A stretch of 64,000 bases of DNA. It comes from Allocoleopsis franciscana PCC 7113. Its GTDB lineage: Bacteria; Cyanobacteriota; Cyanobacteriia; Cyanobacteriales; Coleofasciculaceae. Each line of letters starts with the position of its first letter. Position 1 is the stretch's first letter. Below, piece after piece: positions 21,501 to 30,251 of this stretch. A program made the position numbers and the translations under genes. The stretch is taken from the NCBI RefSeq assembly GCF_000317515.1, contig NC_019738.1, positions 1,617,623 to 1,681,622 on the forward strand, in the 5' to 3' direction. The notes below the pieces were generated by a model, which worked only from the letters and a program-made list of their open reading frames with translations, was not told the origin of the DNA and did not search any database.

Positions 21501-23128
21501 GTGATAATCTCTTCTCGGATGGAATCGATAGGTGGATTTGTAACCTGGGCAAATAGTTGCTGGAAATACTCGTAAAGCAGTTTGGGACGGTCAGACAAAA
21601 CAGCCAGGGGGGTATCTGCACCCATGGCACCGACGGCTTCAACCCCATCACGAGCCATTGGCGTCAGCAGCAGGCGTAGCTCCTCAAAGGTATAACCAAA
21701 GGCCATCTGGCGCTGGAGTAGGGGTGGGGTTCCGGTGTCGGCTACGGTGTCCGCTACGGGTGCATCTTTCACCTGCGCGAGTTCGACCATGTGTTGGTTG
21801 ATCCACTCGCGATAAGGGTGTTCGGTGGCAATTTTATGTTTAATCTCTTCATCGGCGACGATCCGACCCTCTTCCATGTCCACCAGGAACATCCGTCCGG
21901 GTTGCAGGCGACCTTTCAGGGCTACCCGTTCGGGTTCAATGGGCAATACACCGGCTTCGGAGGCCATGATCACCAGGTCATCTTTGGTGACGTAGTAACG
22001 CGAGGGGCGCAAACCGTTGCGATCCAGTACCGCACCCATCATGGTGCCATCGGTGAATGCGATCGAGGCAGGGCCGTCCCAGGGTTCCATCAGACAGGAG
22101 TGGTATTCGTAGAACGCCTTTTTCTCATCGCTCATCGACTCGTGGGCTGTCCACGGTTCGGGAATCATCATCATCATCGCATGGGGAAGCGATCGCCCCG
22201 CCAGTACGAGCAATTCCATGGCATTGTCGAAGATCAGCGAGTCACTCCCGTCCATGTTGATCACCGGCTGAATCTTCTTCATGTCCTCGCCGAATAACTC
22301 CGACTCGAACAGCGACTGCCTCGCGTGCATCCAGTTGATGTTGCCGCGTAGCGTGTTGATTTCGCCGTTATGGGCGATGTAACGATAGGGGTGACTTCGC
22401 TCCCAGCTTGGGAAGGTGTTGGTGCTGAACCGGGAGTGTACCAGTCCCAAGGCACTTTCCATATCCGGGTCTTGCAGGTCGGGGTAATACAATCCCACCT
22501 GTACCGGCATCAACATGCCTTTGTAAACAATGGTGCGACACGACAGGCTGGAGGGATACCAATAGGGGTCAATGTGGGTGGCGCGGATGGCGGTGTGAGA
22601 CCGCTTGCGGATGACGTAGAGCTTCCGCTCGAATGCCATATCATCAGGCAGTTCAGGGTTGCGCTGGATGAATACCTGCTCCATGAACGGTTCGCTGGAT
22701 TTCGCGGTATTACCCAGGGACGAGTTATCCGTGGGTACGTCGCGCCAGCCCAGAACCTGCTGACCTTCCTCAGCTACAATTTTTTCAAAAATCCGCCGAC
22801 TCTGCTCTCGCTCAGCCGGATCGGGCGAGGAGTAAATCATACCCACGCCATACTGACCCGCTTCTGGCAGTGTGATGCTTTGGGCCGCTGCCACCTTTTT
22901 CAGGAACTTGTGCGGCACTTGCATCAAAATGCCTGCTCCGTCACCCGTATTCGTTTCACAACCACACGCACCCCGGTGGTCGAGGTTTAAGAGGATCGTC
23001 AGTGCCTGCTCTACGATCTCGTGCGACTTCTTCCCCTTCATGTGCACGATGAACCCGACACCACAGGCGTCGTGTTCAAACTGTGGATCGTATAGGCCCT
23101 GTTTTGGTGGCAGTTTGTTGCTGTTCAT
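18530..23128 (-). CDS. gltB: Glutamate synthase large subunit (ferredoxin- or NADH-dependent GOGAT)
   Basis: 1532 aa. It has an N-terminal amidotransferase domain with the catalytic Cys ([12 protein letters not shown]...CGVGFI), the central FMN/3Fe-4S domain and the C-terminal GXGXG domain. Confidence 0.95.
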   Translation of the reverse strand: MNSNKLPPKQGLYDPQFEHDACGVGFIVHMKGKKSHEIVEQALTILLNLDHRGACGCETNTGDGAGILMQVPHKFLKKVAAAQSITLPEAGQYGVGMIYSSPDPAEREQSRRIFEKIVAEEGQQVLGWRDVPTDNSSLGNTAKSSEPFMEQVFIQRNPELPDDMAFERKLYVIRKRSHTAIRATHIDPYWYPSSLSCRTIVYKGMLMPVQVGLYYPDLQDPDMESALGLVHSRFSTNTFPSWERSHPYRYIAHNGEINTLRGNINWMHARQSLFESELFGEDMKKIQPVINMDGSDSLIFDNAMELLVLAGRSLPHAMMMMIPEPWTAHESMSDEKKAFYEYHSCLMEPWDGPASIAFTDGTMMGAVLDRNGLRPSRYYVTKDDLVIMASEAGVLPIEPERVALKGRLQPGRMFLVDMEEGRIVADEEIKHKIATEHPYREWINQHMVELAQVKDAPVADTVADTGTPPLLQRQMAFGYTFEELRLLLTPMARDGVEAVGAMGADTPLAVLSDRPKLLYEYFQQLFAQVTNPPIDSIREEIITSAETTIGSERNLLKPEPESCHLIELKTPILSNEELAKLKHINEGQFKSVTLPILFDPKQGVKGLETAMEEICAQANRAIEAGVNLIILSDRGVNPDNAPIPALMAVSGLHHHLIREGTRTRVGLVLESGEPREVHHYATLIGYGCGAINPYLAFETIADMIHEGLLVNIDHKTACKNYVKAATKGVVKVASKIGISTIQSYRGAQIFEAIGLNQSVIDKYFSWTASRIQGADLEVIAQEAILRHSQAFPDRPANGHTLDVGGEYQWRKGGEAHLFSPETIHTLQKAVRVGSYDLYKQYAGLVNEQNQRHFTLRGLLEFKPREPVPIEEVEPVEAIVKRFKTGAMSYGSISKETHEALAIAMNRLGGKSNTGEGGEDPDRYTWTNEQGDSKNSAIKQVASGRFGVTSLYLSQAKELQIKMAQGAKPGEGGQLPGKKVYPWIAKVRHSTPGVGLISPPPHHDIYSIEDLAELIHDLKNANREARVSVKLVSEVGVGTIAAGVSKAHADVVLISGYDGGTGASPQTSIKHAGLPWELGLAETHQTLVLNNLRSRIVVETDGQMKTGRDVVIAALLGAEEFGFATAPLVTLGCIMMRVCHLNTCPVGVATQDPQLRQNFTGDPEHTVNFMKFIAQEARELMAELGFRTINEMVGRTDILEPKKAVEHWKAKNLDLSKILYQPEVGPEVGRYCQIPQDHGLDKSLDITTLLDLCQPAIEKGEKVKATLPIKNVNRVVGTILGNEITKRHWEGLPEDTVHLHFQGSAGQSFGAFVPKGVTLELEGDANDYLGKGLSGGKIILYPPVASTFVAEENIIAGNVAFYGATGGEAYIRGMAGERFCVRNSGVNTVVEAVGDHGCEYMTGGKVVVLGATGRNFAAGMSGGVAYILDEAGDFATRCNQQMVGLETLEDAEEIDDLYQMIQRHADYTGSEKASKVLASWKDMVPKFVKVMPKDYKRVLQAIEKAIAAGLSGDDALTAAFEENARDVARIGGS

Positions 23129-23657
23129 TTTGATGGCCTAAAAGTAGTAAAGAGAGTTTCATCTAGAGGGCGGGAAGCTGTCAACTCTAGCTAGTCAGGA
23201 TTCTCTAACGAGAGCGGCATGTAGTCTTGAGATCTTAAGGAAATTGTCAGATCTGCCTACCGTCGGACTCCTGCAACGGTCAAATCCGATACCGATGAGC
23301 GCTAGAAGCCAGACCTCGGTAAGGCAGTCGGTGAAATTCTGAAATTTTCCAGCAACTATTACACGCTTTTTGACAACATCTGTAGAATTTTACGTTAATT
23401 CTTTAGGGGTGACAAATTCTGTTTTGTCGTTAGAGACAATAACTTTTAATCTTTTCATGATTGGGTCGTGACGGATGTTGATACGTAGGGTTTGATTCCT
23501 TGCCAAGCTGAAGTTTATTTATTCCCTAAAAAATGAGTATATACACCTAAGAAAGTCGCAAGGTACCCGGCTTATTCAAGAAGTCGGGTATCTGAACAGC
23601 CCCAGGAAAGTAACTCAATAAGATTGTTATATAGGCTCTAAAAAGTAATATAAACAA

Positions 23658-24446
23658 TCACGGAATACGACTATTTATAGTTCTAATGGTTAGTACATGT
23701 GGAGGTGTTGAATCAGGAGGATAAATGAAGTCTAATTGCACCGATTTACGACTTCCGGGCGGCATTACCAACGTTTCCAAGGGTTCCAGAACCTCACTCG
23801 TGCGGTGCCATAAATGCACGTAGCGAGTCTTTTCCTGACCTTGATCATCTTTGTAGCGGAGGCGGACAGTCCCGCGCAAGAATGGCCAATCGCGGGGTGG
23901 TTTTTGGAACAGGAGTCCCCCCCGGCTCAATTTCTCCTCTTTTAAAGGAGTTTCAACGGTCAGAGCCACCTTTTGGGGTTTATCGGTGGGATTATAAAGA
24001 GGGATGTTCAGGTTATATTCAACAGCATAGTTTCCATGTGCTTCATAGGCCGTGTCGGGATAACGTACAAGCATTCGCGCTGTCTGATTTTGATTGGTAC
24101 CTAGCCGTCCTCCCCGCAGGGTGTTGAGACCATAGGAAACAGCTTGACCAGATTGAGGAATGGTGAAATCTTTAGAGGTAGGGCTATCAACAATCTTTCC
24201 CTGCCACTTTGAGCCTTGTTGCACACCGGCAACACGACCATAAATCAGTTGACCACTGGTCTGTTCTGGGGGAGTGGGAGCTTTATCTCGTGGCCCTGCT
24301 AAACGGCCTGTATTTAGGAGAGTTTGCCATTCTTTTAAAGTCGGTGCTTTGTCACTACCATCGGGATTTTTTTTGGCAAACATGGTTAAACTAGCGGCAT
24401 AAACCTGACCATTACTGTTTAATCGCATCAAAGCCGATGGGAGCAT
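23658..24446 (-). pseudogene. C-terminal half (262 codons) of a conserved cyanobacterial secreted protein of unknown function, possibly DUF3370, split by an IS insertion
   Basis: Once the IS and one copy of the 8-bp duplication are removed, the reading frame of 26132..26941 runs straight into this ORF (...EKPINGRSA|LMRLNSNGQVY...). The apparent ATG is supplied by the IS terminal repeat. Confidence 0.7.
24431..24438. repeat. Target-site duplication AAGCCGAT (left copy)
   Basis: An identical 8-mer at 26212..26219 directly flanks the other terminal inverted repeat. Confidence 0.75.
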
Positions 24447-24476
24447 CCCAATTGTGCAAAAATAAAGGGACAGCCA

Positions 24477-24502
24477 TTATTCGCGAGTAATAATCGCGAA
24501 TA
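24477..24502. repeat. IS-internal palindrome TTATTCGCGA-gtaataa-TCGCGAATA (copy 1, subterminal)
   Basis: Perfect 9-bp arms. Two further copies occur at 24938..24965 and 26142..26170, and none was seen elsewhere in the window. Confidence 0.7.
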
Positions 24503-24513
24503 CTTCGGGAGAT

Positions 24514-24924
24514 TCAATCCTGCGGTTTTTCTTCCTCCTGCTCGGCTCCAGAAGTAATATCCAGCAAGCAATCATCTAGGGAACGGATGAGCTTCTGTAT
24601 CTCATCGATAACAGAACGCCTAAAAACAGACATGACAGCATCTATATGGTCAGTAGTACCAGCTTTCCCCAGATGCTTGTATTTACTCAACTCTTCGGAG
24701 GTCGCGCATGGGAAGTATGGAGTCGGCACTTGTAATTTGTAGTACCAATATTTCTTATTATTTTGCCGAACTTGATAACGCGCTACCCAAGCCCCGGATG
24801 GAGCCAGCTCACCCTGTTTTAATATTTGTCTTTGTTGTTTTTCTAACGCTGCTATCGCCTTTTTAATACGCTCAAATCGAGCGAGTTTATCTCGCTCAAT
24901 ATCCTTGGAAGTCTTTCGAGGCAT
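24514..24924 (-). CDS. IS passenger/accessory ORF (136 aa), hypothetical
   Basis: It lies inside the IS, downstream of the transposase on the same strand. It is a charged protein that is Lys-rich at the N-terminus and acidic at the C-terminus, with no recognised domain. Confidence 0.4.
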   Translation of the reverse strand: MPRKTSKDIERDKLARFERIKKAIAALEKQQRQILKQGELAPSGAWVARYQVRQNNKKYWYYKLQVPTPYFPCATSEELSKYKHLGKAGTTDHIDAVMSVFRRSVIDEIQKLIRSLDDCLLDITSGAEQEEEKPQD

Positions 24925-24937
24925 AAAGATAAATCCT

Positions 24938-24965
24938 AATTATTCGCGATTGTAACTCGCGAAAA
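24938..24965. repeat. IS-internal palindrome (copy 2, between the transposase and the passenger ORF)
   Basis: The sequence is tattcgcga-ttgtaac-tcgcgaa. Confidence 0.6.
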
Positions 24966-25003
24966 AAAGCAGCGTGCTTCTTTTCATACTGTTTTTGGGT
25001 TTT

Positions 25004-25858
25004 TTAAGCGCTTGGAGCAAGCTGTCGATTCAGATAAGCGCACCGCAGTTGCAGCATTTGCGGTAAATTTTGGGACTTCCATTGAGCGCCGACTATTTGT
25101 AGCCGCTTGTCTATCTGTTTGACCGCAGACTCTACAGCTCCCGAAGCAATCGAACTTAATTGTTCGGCTTGAAAGTACATATAATTGACTAAGCGATGCC
25201 TATGTTTACGTAGATAACTTATAAAGTTAGTAGCCCCGACATAGTTAGTTTTCCGGAGTTTACTAATCGCTTCTTCGACCACTCCTTGCCACAAATCTGC
25301 TTCGATTTGTTCTAAAAACTTTTTCGATGCCTGAATTTTATAGAGGTTCTCTTTCAAATGATACCAGTCAAGAATTTCTTGTCGGGTCTGGTCGTCGGCT
25401 ATTTGTGCAAATAGGTTCCACACCCCATCGTGTCCATCACCCAAGCAATAAATGGTTCGAGCCAGGTTTTGGCTGTTCACCCAATTAATTAGAGAAAAAT
25501 TATCTTGAAAGAAGGCTCCGTAATATATTCCTTGTAGTCGTCCGGTTTTATACTCCTTCCAGTAGGCGGGTTTACCTTTTTCCTGTGAGCGTAAACGCAC
25601 TTTCCCACCATCGAGACAAACTTCTGTCAGTTTTTGTTTAATATTAGGTGGCGATAGCTCTACTTTCTGGGCTTGGCGATGATGAGTGCTGTGACCTACT
25701 TCTACCCCGGTCAAGACTTTCAGGTCATTCTCTGCATCTTGAAATGATTCATTTGCTGCAAGTAATAAACAGCATTTTTCCAGAAGAGGACTTAACCGTC
25801 GATACGGCTCAATTCCTAAACGTGACGCTTGTTTTTGAGTGATTTTTATCCGACCCAC
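25004..25858 (-). CDS. DDE transposase, catalytic part (284 aa from a GTG start)
   Basis: The candidate DDE residues are CLDGGK, CLGDGHDGVWN and the C-terminal SGAVESAVKQIDKRLQIVGAQW (an E followed by K/R, as in IS256/ISL3/ISKra4-type enzymes). Confidence 0.6.
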   Translation of the reverse strand: MGRIKITQKQASRLGIEPYRRLSPLLEKCCLLLAANESFQDAENDLKVLTGVEVGHSTHHRQAQKVELSPPNIKQKLTEVCLDGGKVRLRSQEKGKPAYWKEYKTGRLQGIYYGAFFQDNFSLINWVNSQNLARTIYCLGDGHDGVWNLFAQIADDQTRQEILDWYHLKENLYKIQASKKFLEQIEADLWQGVVEEAISKLRKTNYVGATNFISYLRKHRHRLVNYMYFQAEQLSSIASGAVESAVKQIDKRLQIVGAQWKSQNLPQMLQLRCAYLNRQLAPSA

Positions 25859-25866
25859 ACAACTTC

Positions 25867-26082
25867 TTATCGTTCGGATGCGTCCCGATTCTGTTCCCGT
25901 CTTTTCTCCGATAAAAAAAAGGTTATTTGGGGGCTGACATGTTCTAGCACTTGGTCGCGCACCGCTGTTTCAATACCCTCTAACGTCTCAATTTTCTCTT
26001 GTGGAGTATTTTTATAGAGAATTTTAGCTATCGCCTTGATATGGTCGGCTAAAAGTTTTTTGTCTTCTGGTGTCATTGTCAT
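25867..26082 (-). CDS. N-terminal segment (71 aa) of the IS transposase, in a different frame
   Basis: It overlaps the start of the 284-aa ORF by 10 nt in another frame. A T8 homopolymer (A8 on the + strand at ~25913..25920) lies just upstream of the overlap, which suggests either a programmed frameshift or a slippage-inactivated gene. Confidence 0.4.
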   Translation of the reverse strand: MTMTPEDKKLLADHIKAIAKILYKNTPQEKIETLEGIETAVRDQVLEHVSPQITFFLSEKRREQNRDASER

Positions 26083-26131
26083 AAAGAGGCTCCCTAACTA
26101 ATTAAATTGTCGCAGTTAGGGCAACATCCGC

Positions 26132-26941
26132 CTAGTCGGCCTTTATTCGCGAGTAAAAATCGCGAATAAACTTCCCGTTCTCTTGCCTTCTTGCAAAATT
26201 GGGATGCTCCCAAGCCGATCGCCCATTAATTGGCTTTTCTAAATTCCCCACAGGTGTGGGATGATTCAGCAACATCCGGCTTTGTCCCGGTGGAATCACC
26301 AATTTTGCTGGAAAATCCGCCTGTCGTTTACCTTGGAGGACGTCGTGTACGGCGCGATCGCCTGGGCCAGCATAAGCCGTATTGTTCGGATTTTCTTGAT
26401 AGGTGGGTAAGGGAATGTAAGGTGCTTCTTGCGTCAGATAAGTTGCCCCTTGCAGCACATCGACTGTTACGGGTTGTTTGCCTGGATTATGTAAAATAAA
26501 TCCTAGATAAAAGGTCTGTAAATCTTTGGGAGTATGAGTTTGGTGGTGAAGAAATACATCAAATCGTCCCTGAAATGGAAAGTTGAGATGAGCGGCTGGA
26601 ACCGCTTTTCCACTTGGGGGAAAGGTAGACAGTAAAATCCCTTCCATCTTCACCCATTCCGGGCTATTACTATTAAACATCGGTACTGTATCCAACTGAC
26701 CGGGTAAAGCTTTCACGGGTTGGGGTTGTACGATGATTTGAGGTGTTGGCTTCGGTGTGGGTGTTGTTTGGGCTAAGGCTTCTGAAAGAGGTGCAGATTT
26801 TTTGGCGAATAACCAAGACGCACCACCACCTGCAAGAGCAAGAACTAGGAGGTAAATGATAGGAGGAAGATTAAATTTTTTCTGAGTCATAAGAATTGAA
26901 GCCTGACACCGATTATTCGATTTTCTTCTTTCTGATTCCAC
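26132..26941 (-). pseudogene. N-terminal half of the IS-disrupted conserved secreted protein (see 23658..24446)
   Basis: It has a signal-anchor N-terminus. Its last 26 codons (WEHPNFARRQENGKFIRDFYSRIKAD) are read from IS sequence before it reaches a stop. Confidence 0.7.
26142..26170. repeat. IS-internal palindrome (copy 3, subterminal) TTTATTCGCGA-gtaaaaa-TCGCGAATAAA
   Basis: Perfect 11-bp arms. Confidence 0.7.
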
Positions 26942-27528
26942 AGCGCCTTCACCAGATTGGGTGAGAAGGCGATCGCATGTTCCGCGCTGAAAGATGACAA
27001 TCTTTTGTCCCTACAAGTTCCTTAAAGGGTGTCTTTTAGCAGTCAGCTAGAGCGCCGATACAGAAATAGTCGATAGAGCGTTTTTCTCCTGGAAAGGCGA
27101 AGCATTGGGACACGAACTGGGGTTTGAGCGATATAATTGTCGCCCAAATGCTTCGTCCCTACCCCTAATTTTCATTACTGAACCGGCACCTAAGTTTTGT
27201 TGAGGGATATAGGAGTTAAGCCCTGAGAGGGATGAACCGCTCTATGTCTTAAAAAGATGCTCCTCCAGCCTCGAACTACTGCCATCCGTTGCAACAACAA
27301 TCTTTTGAGCCACAACTGGCATATCCCTGAAATTTATAGTGTATATTTGACTAGCCAGCAAATAACCCCAGTTTAAGCTGGGGTTATTTCAGTTATACCC
27401 TGTGGTAATTCAGGTACCTAACAGATGTCATGGACTCAGGTGGTTGTCGTTGCCTTCCGTGATTAATTATAACTTTATGAACTTTAGGGCTTATTTAAAG
27501 CTTGAATAAAAATGTTTTTAACTATTTA

Positions 27529-27605
27529 TTGCTATAATCCGGACAATTTTGGCTGTAATCTAACTTATCTTTATAATCTAGGCAGTCTTGGCTATAATCT
27601 AACTT
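27529..27605. repeat. Four degenerate ~20-bp tandem units, TTGGCTRTAATCTAACTT-like, each containing a TATAAT or TGTAAT hexamer
   Basis: The units are ttgctataatcc / ttggctgtaatctaactt / tttataatctagg / ttggctataatctaactt, in an ORF-free region. Confidence 0.6.
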
Positions 27606-27907
27606 TTGAGCCAGCAATCTGTAACTAAAAGTACTTGTCTAATTGGGTTGGAATTGAGACTTTGCACCATTCTCAATAAGCCTTATAACCAGCCAAAAAT
27701 TTAAGTTCTTGGCTAATAGCTCAAGTTAACTAACATGGACTAGAATTATTATTATTATCGAGTCGTCTTGAGACGACTTTAGCTATTAGCCAGGGGTTTA
27801 AACCCCTGGCAGGTTATTGCGACTGGTGCAAGATCTGAGTCTTAACCGAGCAGTATTGAGACTAATAAGAGCGATCGCACTCTAATAGATAGTAAAGCGT
27901 GACACCT

Positions 27908-28180
27908 CTACTCCTGCTCTTCAACTAACTCACCTAAATACAATTCCACAAACTTCTTTGCCGCAGCAGGTTCAATTCCCTTCAAAGCTTGAACTATCTC
28001 TACAATTGCCTCCCCAGAAGGGTCTGTTTGCTCGTGAAACCAACGAAAAACAATAGAACGATCCACGCTTAAAGCTACCGCCAACTTGTTTTGGCTAATC
28101 CGGTACGTTTCCAATGCCTGTTTGAGGGCTTTACCTGCTCTTCCCATGCCTCCGATCGCAAAGCGTGTCCTTTGCACCAT
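27908..28180 (-). CDS. Small XRE-type helix-turn-helix transcriptional regulator
   Basis: 90 aa, with the helix-turn-helix core ISQNKLAVALSVDRSIVFRWFHEQ. Confidence 0.55.
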   Translation of the reverse strand: MVQRTRFAIGGMGRAGKALKQALETYRISQNKLAVALSVDRSIVFRWFHEQTDPSGEAIVEIVQALKGIEPAAAKKFVELYLGELVEEQE

Positions 28181-28205
28181 CGTGTCAGAGGAGCATGACA
28201 GAGTA

Positions 28206-28289
28206 AATGTTGATTAATTGTCCTACTAATGTTGATTTATTATCCCACTTCAAGATAAACTTAGCGATGTTAGCAAATATATCAACATT
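28206..28289. promoter_or_regulatory. Candidate operator: three copies of AATGTTGATWWATT (two direct, one inverted) between divergent genes
   Basis: The copies are at 28206..28214, 28228..28236 (22 bp later) and, as the reverse complement, 28281..28289. Confidence 0.4.
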
Positions 28290-28314
28290 GCAGTCAAAAA
28301 TGAGGTAAACCCCA

Positions 28315-28569
28315 ATGACTGAAGAATTTATCCGAGATACAGACAAAGTCCCCACTCCTGAAGCCCTCACCAATGCTTCCAGCAAATCCTCTCAACGTGG
28401 AGAACTGGTCAAAGTGCTAATTATTGGTTCTCCCAAAGGGGTCAACAATACAATTCGCACCTTGTACAGCCGAAGATTTGCCGAAGTTACCGCGTGGAGT
28501 CCCCTACAACCGACATCCAACCCCGGTGAGGTAATGAGCGTTTTGAGTCGGCAGATTCTGATTAAATAA
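28315..28569 (+). CDS. Hypothetical small protein (84 aa), divergent from the helix-turn-helix regulator
   Basis: It is an ORF with an ATG start and no recognised domain. Confidence 0.35.
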   Translation: MTEEFIRDTDKVPTPEALTNASSKSSQRGELVKVLIIGSPKGVNNTIRTLYSRRFAEVTAWSPLQPTSNPGEVMSVLSRQILIK

Positions 28570-28671
28570 TTGCTTCAGAGCAAACGCTAGCGCACCCAGA
28601 CTTTCACCAGTGCGTTAGCGCTGCGCTATCTAACTAAATACAGCGGATTTCAATTTGATGAGGTACATTTT

Positions 28672-28706
28672 GACCCCCCTAACCCCCCCTTATTAAAGGG
28701 GGAACT
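28672..28706 (+). repeat. Dispersed G/C-run hairpin element, CCCCCCTAACCCCCCCTT-atta-AAGGGGGAACT (copy C)
   Basis: It shares about 30 bp with copies at 56499..56532 and 60456..60489, and with 60564..60597 in inverted orientation. Confidence 0.7.
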
Positions 28707-28842
28707 GTACTTCATTTACCTGAAATCTGCTGTAGATGAACAGTTAGGCGATCGCTTATCATCAAACCAAAAACAGAAGCCATGCCAACATCTCATCATA
28801 ATGGATTAGTCTGCCTACACAGACTCTCCAGCCGAGGTTGTT

Positions 28843-30210
28843 ATGCTTTCCGAGAAATTTCGTCGCCAGTTACGCCAAGAAGTAGAGCAATGGCGCACTG
28901 AAGAATTAATTGATGATTTTTTGTACCAACAACTATCCCAACGCTACCGATTTAGTGAGATTGAAGCATCTGCCCGTAACCGTTTCATCATCATTTTGCT
29001 GGGACTCGGTAGTGTCCTATTAGGCTTAGCCATCATCACCTTTGTCGCTGCGAATTGGCAAGCCTGGTCACGAGGACTAAAAGTTACCTTACTGTTGAGT
29101 GGGTTTGTGGGCATCAACACTGTCGGCTTCTACCTATGGCGACGCCCCACGGAAGGATGGCAACGCCGCTTGGGACAGGGCTTATTACTCTTAGGGGCTA
29201 TGGTGCTAGGGGCAAATATGGCGCTAATGTCCCAAATGTTTCACCAGAGTGGGTTGCTGTATCAGTTGTATCTGGTTTGGGGCTTGGGCGTCTTAGCCAT
29301 GGCTTATTGCCTACGGTTGACATTGTTGGGCATGTTGTCCGCCCTCTTAATTGGGCTAGGGTATTTGACGTATCTGTGGGGTCCCTCAGAATTTGGCACT
29401 CTAGACGAGTTTTCTTGGCTGCGACTGATGGTGCAATATATGCCCGTGTTAGCAGGTTTGCTGTTTATCCCTCTAGCTTACTGGTGCCGATCGCGCTGGC
29501 TGTTTCGTATTGGTGCGATCGCGATGGTTTTTTCCCTAGAGACTAGCTTAATTCGCCTGGATGTGATAGGTTCATCCGGTTGGATGGCGGCGATCGCTTG
29601 TGCCCTACCCCCTGCACTTTTATGGGCTTATAGTGATTCCCAATGGAAAATTCCACCGACAGCCGAGTCATTCGATGGCATAGCCCGGACTCTTGCCGTC
29701 ACCTTTCTCAGTCTTCTGTTTTATGTCCTCTCATTCCTGGGTATATGGAACACGCCATCAGGACTGTCTGCTGATGTCAGCTCAAATCTACCGTTTCCTT
29801 TGCAAGTCGATATCCTGCTTTTAAGCAGCTTTACTCTCTGGGAATGGGGGCGACTGTTACTGTTGCGTCGAGTCAATCTGACAACAAGCCTTGTCGCTGG
29901 CATGATTGTCCTCAGTGCCTTCGTTCCCTATTGGCATTTAAGCGTCAGTAGAAGTCCAGCCGTGGCGGTGCTAATCTTCAACCTACTCTTATTTCTGCTG
30001 GCGGTGGGTTTAATTCGTAAAGGATTAGCACAGGGAGAACGGCGCTTATTTTGGGGGGGGATGGTGCTACTCACTCTACAGATTTTCAGTCGAATGCTGG
30101 AATATAACACCGATTTACTGTTTAAATCCTTCGTCTTGCTCTTGTGTGGTTTGGGCGTGATTGCCGCCGGATTATGGTTTGAGCGCTACGTCCGAACCAT
30201 GAGAAGTTAG
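28843..30210 (+). CDS. Polytopic membrane protein, DUF2157-type (possibly a DUF2157 + DUF4401 fusion)
   Basis: 455 aa. It has a charged N-terminal cytoplasmic segment followed by about 12 predicted transmembrane helices. A GDYXXLXY-family gene follows immediately, which is the conserved pairing. Confidence 0.5.
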   Translation: MLSEKFRRQLRQEVEQWRTEELIDDFLYQQLSQRYRFSEIEASARNRFIIILLGLGSVLLGLAIITFVAANWQAWSRGLKVTLLLSGFVGINTVGFYLWRRPTEGWQRRLGQGLLLLGAMVLGANMALMSQMFHQSGLLYQLYLVWGLGVLAMAYCLRLTLLGMLSALLIGLGYLTYLWGPSEFGTLDEFSWLRLMVQYMPVLAGLLFIPLAYWCRSRWLFRIGAIAMVFSLETSLIRLDVIGSSGWMAAIACALPPALLWAYSDSQWKIPPTAESFDGIARTLAVTFLSLLFYVLSFLGIWNTPSGLSADVSSNLPFPLQVDILLLSSFTLWEWGRLLLLRRVNLTTSLVAGMIVLSAFVPYWHLSVSRSPAVAVLIFNLLLFLLAVGLIRKGLAQGERRLFWGGMVLLTLQIFSRMLEYNTDLLFKSFVLLLCGLGVIAAGLWFERYVRTMRS

Positions 30211-30251
30211 AACGTGAAACTTTTAACCGGCCAACTCTCAACGTTCAACTC

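Larger units (their letters stand above)
24439..26211 (-). mobile_element. Complete insertion sequence of ~1773 bp, with an ISKra4/ISL3/IS256-like DDE transposase; family not resolved
   Basis: The terminal inverted repeats are GGGAGCATCCCAATTGTGCAAAAA (left) and rc GGGAGCATCCCAATTTTGCAAGAA (right), matching at 22 of 24 positions. The element is flanked by the 8-bp direct duplication AAGCCGAT, is inserted in-frame-disruptively into a conserved gene, and carries a split transposase plus a passenger ORF. Confidence 0.8.

Noticed and set aside
18712-22990. Numerous 60 to 200-aa ORFs on the plus strand within gltB
   Set aside because: They are antisense to a 1532-aa, strongly conserved GOGAT large-subunit gene. 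They have biased composition (Arg/His/Gly-rich), which is typical of spurious shadow ORFs in GC-rich coding DNA.
23129-23657. NtcA binding site (GTA-N8-TAC) upstream of gltB
   Set aside because: I scanned the 530-bp upstream region on both strands by eye and found no GTA-N8-TAC with a properly spaced -10 box.
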